From a virus: a DNA stretch of 41,788 nucleotides. The DNA lies in the IMG/VR virus record IMGVR_UViG_3300028914_000022, positions 1 through 41,788 of that record. One strand, written 5' to 3'. A model generated the notes under the pieces. That model saw nothing but the letters and a program-made list of their open reading frames with translations. It was not told the DNA's origin and did not search any database. Shown here in pieces: positions 31,610 through 40,572 of the stretch (position 1 is its first letter; each line of letters opens with the position of its first letter). Made by a program: the position numbers and the translations under genes.

Positions 31610-32968
31610 TCACACCGTGCGATATTTGACACCGTGGTTGTTGCATTGCAAACAAATACGGTCCAATCCGCGGGTGTCAAAGGATAACGCCCGGTATGCC
31701 TGTTTTAGTTCGTAACCCAACCCGCTTGCACGCCCTTGTGGTGCGCCGTCCAATTCGTACAACAGTTCGTCGCGCGTCACGTTCACTTGGTTCCGGTTAA
31801 CGCGAACGTCCGGGTTCATAGCAATCGTTCTCAAAACATTGGCCGCTACCTGCTTTTGGATTACCGTTGCGAAAATCTGACGTTGTGAAATGATGAAATC
31901 GGTAAGGTCGCATCCCACCGAAATCTCAACATTCATACCGTAATTCATCGTATTGGTATATCCAAGTTGTCCGATGTCGAACATTTCAGGGTACTCCGTA
32001 AAGTCAGCCGGCGCATTGATGCCGAACGGGGATACCTGCAAATACTTTGTCATTTGTCGCCATGATTCTATCGAACCGCCAAGACACGTCTGGCATGGTT
32101 CAACGGACCAATCCTTTGACACATTCAATGCTTGCATCCCCAACGGCAATTCATTCTGATTGTAACACAGGAACCATGCTCCACCAGAATCATTTCCATC
32201 GCCATCTGTCCCAGGTATGTACGGAAGATAGATCGGCTCCGAAGGCGTGAACCATTGGAAACCTCCATTTGTATTCGTGAAATCCAATTCAATAGTTCGC
32301 ATTGGCGCGACTTGCGATGAATGGAACAAATACAGCTTGACCTTGCCAGTAGCCCCTACCATTTGCAAACCGATTCTTTCAATCTTCGTCGTTACTCCCA
32401 TGGAACGGACCGGTACGATCTCAAAACCGACTATCTTTCCGGAAGGATCGATTGTGGCCTGCAACCGTGCTGCACCATCAAAGAACGTGCGACGTTCCAA
32501 CAAGTTCCTCGTTTCCTGTTGCAATTGCTTTTCTTGGATAAACATTTGTACGGCGGTGTTTATTCCTTGAATTGTCAAATTGCGCAAGAAATCGGAAAGA
32601 ATGTTATATTTTACCCACGCACCCGCGGCCTGTTGTCCAAAGTCGTTGTTGAAATCTTGGTTAAAGTCATTTGGCACGGGTTCGACATTAGTGTTTTCTT
32701 GGTTTGCAATCCAAATCAAACCATTGTGTCGCACCTTTGTTCCAACTTTATATGTCAAAATCATATTCCATTCCGGATATTGGTACATGTAATCGTCTGG
32801 CATAACCGAACGCACGTTTTCAAGCGTACAAAGCGGGTGCGCACCTTGGAACGTCAACCCGCTTTCCGATTCAGTCAATGACGAATCAATGGTTGTAACC
32901 GGATTATATGATTGTTGCCAACCGACAACGTGTGCAATTTCCTTTTGAATTTCTTGCAAACGTATCAT
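31610..32968 (-). CDS. Virion protein with a CBM5/12-like carbohydrate-binding segment (decoration or neck-fibre candidate)
   Basis: 452 aa. WNMILTYKVGTKVRHNGLIWIANQ resembles the CBM5/12 Y-x-x-G-x-x-V-x-x-x-G-x-x-[YW] motif, and it is followed by NDFNQDFNNDF. Confidence 0.4.
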   Translation of the reverse strand: MIRLQEIQKEIAHVVGWQQSYNPVTTIDSSLTESESGLTFQGAHPLCTLENVRSVMPDDYMYQYPEWNMILTYKVGTKVRHNGLIWIANQENTNVEPVPNDFNQDFNNDFGQQAAGAWVKYNILSDFLRNLTIQGINTAVQMFIQEKQLQQETRNLLERRTFFDGAARLQATIDPSGKIVGFEIVPVRSMGVTTKIERIGLQMVGATGKVKLYLFHSSQVAPMRTIELDFTNTNGGFQWFTPSEPIYLPYIPGTDGDGNDSGGAWFLCYNQNELPLGMQALNVSKDWSVEPCQTCLGGSIESWRQMTKYLQVSPFGINAPADFTEYPEMFDIGQLGYTNTMNYGMNVEISVGCDLTDFIISQRQIFATVIQKQVAANVLRTIAMNPDVRVNRNQVNVTRDELLYELDGAPQGRASGLGYELKQAYRALSFDTRGLDRICLQCNNHGVKYRTV

Positions 32969-33021
32969 GTTAAAGATTCCCGTTTTTTTTTACACGTTTT
33001 TGTTATGCGTTAATTTTCTGA

Positions 33022-33058
33022 ACGAAAAACGGGGACGGGGTTGTTGTTACCCGTCCCC
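33022..33058 (-). terminator. Intrinsic terminator/attenuator after the major capsid gene
   Basis: ggggacggg (33031-33039) pairs with cccgtcccc (33050-33058) as a perfect 9-bp GC stem. On the minus strand it is followed by gtttttcgtt. Confidence 0.65.
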
Positions 33059-33085
33059 GCGAACAATTGATTATGGATTAGAAGG

Positions 33086-34204
33086 CTAACCCTGAACGGC
33101 TTGCGTCATTACAGGGTTATCCTCCCCATTCACGACTTCAACCGGTTGGGCAAACGGATTGGCGGTGCCGGGAGTTGCAACCTCAATTTTGATGATTGGG
33201 TTGGCAACCGTTTCCGGATTGCTGTTGTAAGCAACGAGGAACGCGATGTCAACCGAAAAACCGAAGTACTCCTTGACGTTGCAAGTCATGTCTGCGGATG
33301 CAGCACCGGCGATACCGGACTGGTCGCCAACTGCGGTGTAGTAGTGCGAACCGACCGGGAGATCAATGTACGGCAGACGCACCACATCCCATTCGTGGAA
33401 GTTGGCACGGGTGCGGCTCAAAGCCTCGCGATCAACGCGGGTCAATACACCAACGTTTCCGTCGGCAACGACGTAACCGGTAGCGAACTTGCCGGCCTCG
33501 TTGACGATGTTGCTGGTGTAATGGAACACCTTGTTGTCGTACTCCATGCGCTTGTTGACATCATTGTAGATGTCGTGTTCGGCCATCTTGCGAACAAGTG
33601 AATCGAACCCGGCACCACCAATGACATGCAGCATTTCCGGATAAGCGTTTGCACGCTGCATTGCGTTCATGTCGGCCAGAAATTCCATTCGGGCATTCCA
33701 CGGCACCTGCACGGAGTTGGCGGTTACGGTGTAATACAACGAATCCTTGAACACTTGGGTTTTGTTTGCTTCAAGTGCGGCGATGGCTTGGATGTCCATT
33801 GCAGTAGCAAGGGCGCGGCAAACCTTTTCCATCTTGCGGGCAAAGTCGTGTTCGTAGGAAATTTCGTTGTTACGGTAGAGTTGAGGAACCATCGTGAAAC
33901 CGACGGCAAGCGTTACCCAATTGACGGTGTATAATGCGGACGTGTTTTCATCGTCGGCAATAACACAAGAACGGACGTTGGAAACAGTGACATCGCCATC
34001 GTAGTTGATGACGGGGATCTGCACGGTGTTGCCAATGGATTCAAAAGCACGGTCGCGCAAGTTTGGGTTGATGATCGAATTGGCGGCGTTGGTCTGTTCG
34101 ATGAAGAAGTCCAGTGCGCCATACTCTAACGGGCGGGCCATATTACGGTCAAATTCCGGGTTCTCGACACGCCAGTTCTGCAATCGTGTTGCGATAAGTG
34201 ACAT
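33086..34204 (-). CDS. Major capsid protein (HK97-fold candidate)
   Basis: 372 aa, immediately after the scaffold gene and followed by a strong hairpin. The size and order (portal, scaffold, capsid) support the call. Confidence 0.75.
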   Translation of the reverse strand: MSLIATRLQNWRVENPEFDRNMARPLEYGALDFFIEQTNAANSIINPNLRDRAFESIGNTVQIPVINYDGDVTVSNVRSCVIADDENTSALYTVNWVTLAVGFTMVPQLYRNNEISYEHDFARKMEKVCRALATAMDIQAIAALEANKTQVFKDSLYYTVTANSVQVPWNARMEFLADMNAMQRANAYPEMLHVIGGAGFDSLVRKMAEHDIYNDVNKRMEYDNKVFHYTSNIVNEAGKFATGYVVADGNVGVLTRVDREALSRTRANFHEWDVVRLPYIDLPVGSHYYTAVGDQSGIAGAASADMTCNVKEYFGFSVDIAFLVAYNSNPETVANPIIKIEVATPGTANPFAQPVEVVNGEDNPVMTQAVQG

Positions 34205-34272
34205 AATGAGTAATGTTTTTAATTGTTAATATTTTGCCGGATTGACCCTTTACCCGGTGTTGATTGTTTTCT

Positions 34273-35226
34273 TTATTTGATCGGCAATGCCTTTAACACA
34301 TCGCGGTTCTCTTTCCACGCGGCCGCCATTGCTTCCTCAAATTCCTTGGAACCGTTGACCAATCCGCGTTCCATCAGTTGTTTTGCAATGATTTCGTGCG
34401 CTTGGTCTTGTGTCCTTGCACCGGAAATGTCAACGGTCTTTGATCCGCCTCCGTTTCCGCCTTGGCCACCTTGTGTCCCGGCCCCGGTCTGTCTGCGGCC
34501 ATCTTCCAAAACTCCCATCGTTTTGAGTTCGGCGGCAATCAGTTCGGCGGCCGTGAACGGACGCAAGTTGTTTTCCGGGTTGCGTTTCGGCGTACCGTTT
34601 TCCATGAATGCCAAAACTTTCCCACCGTTGCCGTCGTCAATATATTCGGGGTTCATTCCCTTTACCTTGGCGATAGCCTGTTGCATAAGAACAGACGTTA
34701 CGGATGCGGGCAAATCTGCCTTGAACTTGATTCCGGATGTGGCCTTTGCAAACTCGCCGTCGATTCTCAAACCAAACAATTCTTTGGCATGATCCGTTTT
34801 TGCTTTGTCAAATTCGGTTTTCAATTCGGTGTATTGCTTTGTAACATTGGCCAAATCAGCCTTTGTTTGATCAAGTTGGCGTTTTGTTTCAGCATCCGAG
34901 CCACCTTTTGAAATCACGCCTTCCAAACGGGTTTTCTCTTTTTCCAATTCGGAAACCTTGTTTTGCAGTTCGGCGGCGTTACCCGCTTGGCCCTTGATCT
35001 CGCCAATAACACGTTTGGCGTAATCATAGGTTTTTTCGGTGCCATTCTTGGCGATTCCAGAGGCCGCCAAAATGTCAGCGTCCAGACCGCCGTAAATCTC
35101 ACCGGTCTTTTGCCCAATAACGGCCGTTTCGTCGTTTCTGGACATTTCGACAATTGCGTTTTTCTGTTCATCAGTCAACGCGGCTGTTGATGCGTTGGCG
35201 TTCAATAATTCGGTTGTTAGTGCCAT
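34273..35226 (-). CDS. Scaffolding protein
   Basis: 317 aa, with a coiled-coil middle (ELQNKVSELEKEKTRLE...) and a Gly-rich stretch. It lies directly upstream of the capsid gene and is preceded by AAGGAG. Confidence 0.65.
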   Translation of the reverse strand: MALTTELLNANASTAALTDEQKNAIVEMSRNDETAVIGQKTGEIYGGLDADILAASGIAKNGTEKTYDYAKRVIGEIKGQAGNAAELQNKVSELEKEKTRLEGVISKGGSDAETKRQLDQTKADLANVTKQYTELKTEFDKAKTDHAKELFGLRIDGEFAKATSGIKFKADLPASVTSVLMQQAIAKVKGMNPEYIDDGNGGKVLAFMENGTPKRNPENNLRPFTAAELIAAELKTMGVLEDGRRQTGAGTQGGQGGNGGGSKTVDISGARTQDQAHEIIAKQLMERGLVNGSKEFEEAMAAAWKENRDVLKALPIK

Positions 35227-35281
35227 AATTCTTTCTCCTTGAATTTTGGGTTTGTCAATTTACTTTAATCGCCCGGCAACG

Positions 35282-35764
35282 TTATTCGTTTTTGGCGCGG
35301 CGTCCGGGTCTTTTGGGGGACTGTTCCTGTTCGGATTCGGTTTCCAACTCTGGTACCTGTTCGGATTCGGTGTCCGGTTTTTCAGCCTGTTCGCGCTTTG
35401 CAAGTTCGGCAGCAACGGCGGCAGCAACGGCGGCATTGAACTTTTCTTGTTCCTCTTTGTCTTGGCTGCCTCCTGTTCTGCTTTTGACTTGGCTGCCTTT
35501 TCCTGTTGCTCCTTTCCATTTGTTGGGATCGTGCAAAATCGTAACGGTGTAACCCTGTTTGCGCAAACTGTTCAAAACATGGGTTTCGAACATCTTTTTA
35601 CCAAACTTCTGGACACGCGGTTTCGAAACGCGTTCGCCCGTCTTTTGGTTATATTGCACAACCTCGATAACGGCGTGGTAAACTTGTTCCTCTCCCCTCG
35701 GAACAATGTAATTTTCCGGCGTCAGTTTTTCAATTGGGGTGTCGCGCCCGTCTTTTGTAATCAT
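35282..35764 (-). CDS. Hypothetical head-module protein with an acidic/basic disordered tail
   Basis: 160-aa ORF between the portal and scaffold genes. Confidence 0.5.
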   Translation of the reverse strand: MITKDGRDTPIEKLTPENYIVPRGEEQVYHAVIEVVQYNQKTGERVSKPRVQKFGKKMFETHVLNSLRKQGYTVTILHDPNKWKGATGKGSQVKSRTGGSQDKEEQEKFNAAVAAAVAAELAKREQAEKPDTESEQVPELETESEQEQSPKRPGRRAKNE

Positions 35765-35781
35765 ACGTTTTTAATTTATTG

Positions 35782-37524
35782 TTAAACTTGTGCCGGTTCC
35801 GGTTTCTGTTCATCGGCATATTTCCGAAATTCGGCCATAATTGTTTCAATCTTTCTTGTGTACGGTATCGCTTCGCCAAAGTCCAAAATGTTTGTGTTTT
35901 CGCGTTCGAACCGGCGCACAAAATTAGGAAAGTTTAATTTAATACGCAAGTCCTGTTCAGAAACAAGGTTTTTCGCAAACAATTCGGACACCTCTTGACG
36001 CGACATGTGACGCAACGGTTCAAGTTCTGCCAATAGCAACATGCGGCGCAATTGCATTGGATCATTCCTGTATTCGGTTTCGATGATCTGGCGTTGCATC
36101 ATGTCCAACTCGGCTTCGGATGCGCCGGAATCCTTGGCCGCCTTATAACGCTTGCGCAATTCATCGGCCGAATACAAATAGAACTCTGTTCCGTAATTGA
36201 TGTTCGCTGAAATGAAATAACGGCCGTAACGCAATTTGCAAATGGTTGAATCGACCCACTGTTGGGCGGCTTCAAATCCCTTTTTAACTCGCATCAGTAC
36301 CGTTGTAACCGATTCGAAATTGGCTTGCACCTGTTGTTCGTTGAATGCATCGCGATTGGTAACGATTTCCTCTTGACCGACGACGGCCGTAATGATTTCC
36401 TCGCGCAAACGCTTTTGTTCCTCAACATTGTAATCCAATGCTTTTCGGTCAACATTCAGAATTTGGACCGGGTTTCTCAAATCCGGTTGGTTCTCATCAG
36501 TGTTCGGAACCGGGATTTCAACAAATGATCCGGCCCCGATGATACGTTTGTTTCCGCATTTCGGACAGCGCAACAACAAACCGGCCATGTCCAACCGGTA
36601 ATGGCCTTGTTTGTCTCGGAGAAAACCACCGTCGCAATAGTCGCCATTTTCCGCATTCGTGAAATCACAACTTTGTTCGTAACCGGAAAGGATAGGATAA
36701 GCGCCCATGAGGTCCAATTGACGTTTCGAAATGTGGAAGAACTCAAACCAATCCAGCGATTCAAGTTCAGCCGATAACGGGGAAGCCTTTACATCTGGTT
36801 CATCAAGCGAAATCGGCTCGTTCCAGAAGAAACGGGCCGGGCAATAACCAAGGTCGTGCGGTGCTTCTATCTTCGGCATACCCTCAATTTGTCCGGTGTG
36901 CTTCTTGTCATCCCATACGCGGTACGTTTCATCGTCCAACACAACGATTTCATCACGGCGGCGGAAAACAATATAATCCATCTGTCCAGTCGTTGCGTCT
37001 GCCTTGTAAGTGATCACATCGTCGATCGGCAACCAGTAGAAATACGGCTCCGGCAATTCAGTTTTCTGCTCACGCGGAACGTCAACGATCAATACTGAAT
37101 TGATTTCTGACTTGAAGAACTCCCAACCCTTGGTCGCCCAAACTTCAGGCTCGTTCAACTTCGTTATCCTGTACTGTTCCCAATCGTCACGTTGGGCCGA
37201 ATTGATGAACTGGTAATTGAACGCAGGGTTACGACCGTCAAAAATACGGCTCAGTTTGTCAAAGCAAATTTCCGTTATCTCATTCGTCTTGATTGGATAA
37301 CGGAAAAGAGCTTTGAACAGAACAAACTTATCATGCGGCAAGATGTTTTCGACCATTGCCAAAAACTGGGTCAATGGCAAAGAAATGTACGGAGCATTGA
37401 AAGTCGTAACGCGCTTGACCGTGTGGAACTTGATACGCATCTGGTGCAGTTTCGCACGGCTCAATGTGGCGGAACGCTTATTTTGCGCGATTTTCATTCT
37501 TATCTTGGCGACGTCGTAACCCAT
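35782..37524 (-). CDS. Portal protein
   Basis: 580 aa, the largest head-module ORF after the terminase. The ATG at 37524 overlaps the upstream small gene by 47 nt, and internal Met codons could also be the start. Confidence 0.65.
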   Translation of the reverse strand: MGYDVAKIRMKIAQNKRSATLSRAKLHQMRIKFHTVKRVTTFNAPYISLPLTQFLAMVENILPHDKFVLFKALFRYPIKTNEITEICFDKLSRIFDGRNPAFNYQFINSAQRDDWEQYRITKLNEPEVWATKGWEFFKSEINSVLIVDVPREQKTELPEPYFYWLPIDDVITYKADATTGQMDYIVFRRRDEIVVLDDETYRVWDDKKHTGQIEGMPKIEAPHDLGYCPARFFWNEPISLDEPDVKASPLSAELESLDWFEFFHISKRQLDLMGAYPILSGYEQSCDFTNAENGDYCDGGFLRDKQGHYRLDMAGLLLRCPKCGNKRIIGAGSFVEIPVPNTDENQPDLRNPVQILNVDRKALDYNVEEQKRLREEIITAVVGQEEIVTNRDAFNEQQVQANFESVTTVLMRVKKGFEAAQQWVDSTICKLRYGRYFISANINYGTEFYLYSADELRKRYKAAKDSGASEAELDMMQRQIIETEYRNDPMQLRRMLLLAELEPLRHMSRQEVSELFAKNLVSEQDLRIKLNFPNFVRRFERENTNILDFGEAIPYTRKIETIMAEFRKYADEQKPEPAQV

Positions 37525-37669
37525 TGTTCACAAATTCGAATTTACTGTTTTCTGGCAAATGCCATCCGCCGTTATTCGGCATGATTAAAAGCCTTTCGGC
37601 ATGGGACAACTCAAATTCCCGGGTAACGCCATTCGCTTCCAACGTTACCGTTGTAGTCTTGGCGTTCAT
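37478..37669 (-). CDS. Hypothetical small protein
   Basis: 63-aa ORF whose ATG lies 1 nt after the upstream stop. Confidence 0.45.
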   Translation of the reverse strand: MNAKTTTVTLEANGVTREFELSHAERLLIMPNNGGWHLPENSKFEFVNNGLRRRQDKNENRAK

Positions 37670-37670
37670 G

Positions 37671-38336
37671 TCATGCGGGAATTAAGTCAGTCAACGGGTT
37701 GAAGTCGGACGGTGCGACAATGGCCAGATCGTCGGAATAGTTGTCCGGGTACATCCACGAAATCGAGTTCGAATCCTTGGCGTCGAAATTGCCGTGGATC
37801 AGTGAACCCACGAACAGTGAACGAATAGGAATGGGATAGTAAGTGCTTGCGGCAACGGGGTCCTTAACGGCTTGGATTTTCCCGTTTTCATCGAACAGGA
37901 ACACGCCAAGGTTACCGGCGGCGGCTTCGCACTGCAATTCCTTGATTACCTTAATGACGGACTGCGGAACGGAACGCAACGAACCGTCGAATTGAACGGG
38001 GTTGCCTCCCAGAACTTGGGAAATGCCTCCAAGATCGTCGTTACCTCCACCGGTACGGCGGGCGTCACCACCGGAATCAGCCGGGGCGTTGATGTACGGG
38101 GAAACTACAACCTTTGATCCATCGGCAGCGGTCAGCAGTGCGGTCCAAGTTGCTTTCAGCGCAATATTGTCCACGGCTGGCGTCCCTGTCGAACCTGTGA
38201 TTGAATTACGCGTTCCGTCTGCCTTGCGTAAACGCTGGAACGCAACTTTCTGAATTTGGCCGAAATTTTCCGGGCAAGTGACAACAGGAATGGTCGAAAT
38301 TGCTGCGGCGGCCGGGCATTGACAAATAAGTGACAT
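37671..38336 (-). CDS. Hypothetical virion-module protein (first gene of the late operon)
   Basis: 221 aa from the ATG at 38336 (MSLICQCPAAAA). The ORF-track start at 38396 lies inside the -7 box. I recognised no family. Confidence 0.5.
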   Translation of the reverse strand: MSLICQCPAAAAISTIPVVTCPENFGQIQKVAFQRLRKADGTRNSITGSTGTPAVDNIALKATWTALLTAADGSKVVVSPYINAPADSGGDARRTGGGNDDLGGISQVLGGNPVQFDGSLRSVPQSVIKVIKELQCEAAAGNLGVFLFDENGKIQAVKDPVAASTYYPIPIRSLFVGSLIHGNFDAKDSNSISWMYPDNYSDDLAIVAPSDFNPLTDLIPA

Positions 38337-38393
38337 AGGTTTTAATGTTTTAATTGTTAATAATGACGGCTTACCCTTGGCCGCTTTCGGATG

Positions 38394-38401
38394 CAAATAT
38401 A
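38394..38401 (-). promoter_or_regulatory. -7 box TAtaTTTG without a -33 TTTG (candidate late promoter)
   Basis: Minus strand reads cggtttttaaaaaaaataacTAtaTTTGcat, 58 nt upstream of ATG 38336. Confidence 0.45.
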
Positions 38402-38413
38402 GTTATTTTTTTT

Positions 38414-38437
38414 AAAAACCGCGTTAAATCGGTTTTT
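38414..38437. terminator. Weak palindromic hairpin after the large terminase gene
   Basis: AAAAACCG-cgttaaat-CGGTTTTT forms an 8-bp stem that is mostly A-T. Confidence 0.3.
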
Positions 38438-38523
38438 TTTGAAAAATGTGTAATTGTTCAAATTCTTTCCCAAACTCCGTATAATGAAAAGTTTCTTGCC
38501 AATTATTGAAAAATTAGCAAATA

Positions 38524-40065
38524 TCAATGAACCCGGATACCCCTCGTCGTTGCATTGTACGGTTTGGCATTGCCGTCCGCAATCTCCTTTTCATAAATCC
38601 CGGTCAACCCGTCCGCGTCATCATCATGCGTGTTTGCATCGAATTTCCGCAAAAAAGACGTTATGTGATCGTGGAACTTCTTGTATCTTGTCTCCCAACC
38701 GAACGGCATGATGATATGTTGGTTGACAAACGGCGCATTAGTTACTATCCTTGATTCCTTGTTGTTGCTCTGGTAAAACGCGACAGTCAACGCCCGTACT
38801 TTCTTTTTTATAACCTTCTCAAACTGGGATCCGCCGTTGTTGGATTCTATCCACGCCTTCTGAACGTTGTTGGTGTTTATCAGTCGAGGAACTGTCACAG
38901 TCGTAACATCCGTGGATTCGTCGGTAAACTCAATGTCAGTAACCAAAGCAAACAACAAAGGCTCCATCCGGTGTTTTGCCTCGTTCCATATCTGGTTTTC
39001 CGAACGATAAATGTCATACGATGCAGCAAACAAAAAATCGTCACCCTCATCCGCGACATCAACATAACATCCAGACCGAATATATTGACCCCAATCCGAT
39101 TTTTCTACCCATGTTTTGAATGGTTGGTATAACTTGCCTTCAGCATTGCCGGGATCGCCTTGGTATAGGCACTGGAAACCGACAGGGTCCAATTGTTTTT
39201 GTGCCGTCAAACGGTCCAATGAATGCCGGGATGGCCATAATGCAACGCCCGGTTGACGATCGTCAATTTCTGTTGGATTTCCCGTCTTGATTGCCTCGAA
39301 GTTGACCAAAATCCAATCTTTATCCGGAACATTATCGAAATCCGACCACTTTTCGGCAAATATAACATTCTCAGTCTCGATGATCTTGCCTATAATATCG
39401 TCGGGATGCCAACGTGTAAAAACAATCAATTGTTGCGAATCGTTGTGCAAACGTGTTCGCGCAACTTTCGTGTACCAATCCCATGCCGTTTGTCTGATTT
39501 GCGGGGAATTGGCTTCGGATGCGTCTTTGTACAAATCATCAAATATCATCACGTCAACGGTCTTTGATGTCAAAGAACCGCCACGGCCAACAACGCGTAA
39601 CGATCCGGTATGTCCTACGATTTCGAACACGTCCGAATTCCGTAAATAATTGTTGGAGATTGTAACGACGTTAGAACCATTCAACTGCGTATCCGGGAAT
39701 ATTAAACGATATTCTTCCGAATCAATCAGGCGTTGAACGTCTCTGTTAAAATCCTTGGCGATCGTTGCTGCGTATGAACAAATTGCAACTCTCAAATCCG
39801 GGTGTTTCCCAAGCATCATTGCAGGCAAAAAACGACTTGAACCCTGTGACTTGCCATGTTGAGGCGGTGCCTGAATTATAAGGTTTTGGATCTTTCTTTT
39901 TGCAAACAAATCCAACACACGGTAATACGATCTGTGAAACGGTGTCGCTTGGAACTTGTTGTCCATGTATTGAGCAAACCACAGTAATTTCCTCCTCGCG
40001 CCCTCCTGCAAAAACAACTCCGGGTGTTCGGTCAGCATCCTTGTTATTTGGATCGCATCCATCAT
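38524..40065 (-). CDS. terL: Terminase large subunit
   Basis: Walker A is QAPPQHGKSQ and Walker B is VDVMIFDDLYKD. The C-terminal nuclease-like half has acidic motifs. It is ATGA-coupled to the small subunit gene. Confidence 0.88.
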   Translation of the reverse strand: MMDAIQITRMLTEHPELFLQEGARRKLLWFAQYMDNKFQATPFHRSYYRVLDLFAKRKIQNLIIQAPPQHGKSQGSSRFLPAMMLGKHPDLRVAICSYAATIAKDFNRDVQRLIDSEEYRLIFPDTQLNGSNVVTISNNYLRNSDVFEIVGHTGSLRVVGRGGSLTSKTVDVMIFDDLYKDASEANSPQIRQTAWDWYTKVARTRLHNDSQQLIVFTRWHPDDIIGKIIETENVIFAEKWSDFDNVPDKDWILVNFEAIKTGNPTEIDDRQPGVALWPSRHSLDRLTAQKQLDPVGFQCLYQGDPGNAEGKLYQPFKTWVEKSDWGQYIRSGCYVDVADEGDDFLFAASYDIYRSENQIWNEAKHRMEPLLFALVTDIEFTDESTDVTTVTVPRLINTNNVQKAWIESNNGGSQFEKVIKKKVRALTVAFYQSNNKESRIVTNAPFVNQHIIMPFGWETRYKKFHDHITSFLRKFDANTHDDDADGLTGIYEKEIADGNAKPYNATTRGIRVH

Positions 40066-40571
40066 TTACCGTTGATTGCTTCAATGACTTGCGCAAGTAA
40101 CGAATCAGGTACGTTTGATAAAGATATTCCTGAACCCTTCTGTTCAACGTCTATCTTACCGTTGACATCTTGCGAAATCCTGTTTTGCCAATGTTCCGGA
40201 TCACGATTGCACAGTGCAAATATAACCGCTGTTGGGTTAGGCAGAATCTTTTTGGTTGTACGCGATTGCTTTTTGATGCGCGGGTTGCCGTCCGGACCGT
40301 TTTCGTATTCCGTTTTGATTTCCTCGTATTCCGTTCCGTTTATCAAAACTTTCAATGAACGTTCCGCATCGGCCAATATGTCATTGTGTAACCATTTTTG
40401 GTATTCCTCTTTGGCCTTTTTAACCGCGTCAGAAAAGTCAATTTTTGTATTCAACCAATCGTAAAACGTTTGTTTTGATATACCTACTAATTGCGCCGCG
40501 TGTTCGTTTGTTTCGCCCTGTTCAATATGTTGACAAATTAAACGCACTATTTTGGGATTGTACTTTGCCAT
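40062..40571 (-). CDS. terS: Terminase small subunit (N-terminal HTH)
   Basis: 169 aa. HAAQLVGISKQTFYDWL is an HTH. The gene lies directly upstream of terL. Confidence 0.65.
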   Translation of the reverse strand: MAKYNPKIVRLICQHIEQGETNEHAAQLVGISKQTFYDWLNTKIDFSDAVKKAKEEYQKWLHNDILADAERSLKVLINGTEYEEIKTEYENGPDGNPRIKKQSRTTKKILPNPTAVIFALCNRDPEHWQNRISQDVNGKIDVEQKGSGISLSNVPDSLLAQVIEAINGK

Positions 40572-40572
40572 A

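Noticed and set aside
35227-35245. Strong Shine-Dalgarno-like AAGGAG 8 nt upstream of the scaffold start.
   Set aside because: This is a single occurrence. The other highly expressed genes (capsid, tape measure) lack one, so it may be chance. I note it but do not treat it as a regulatory feature.
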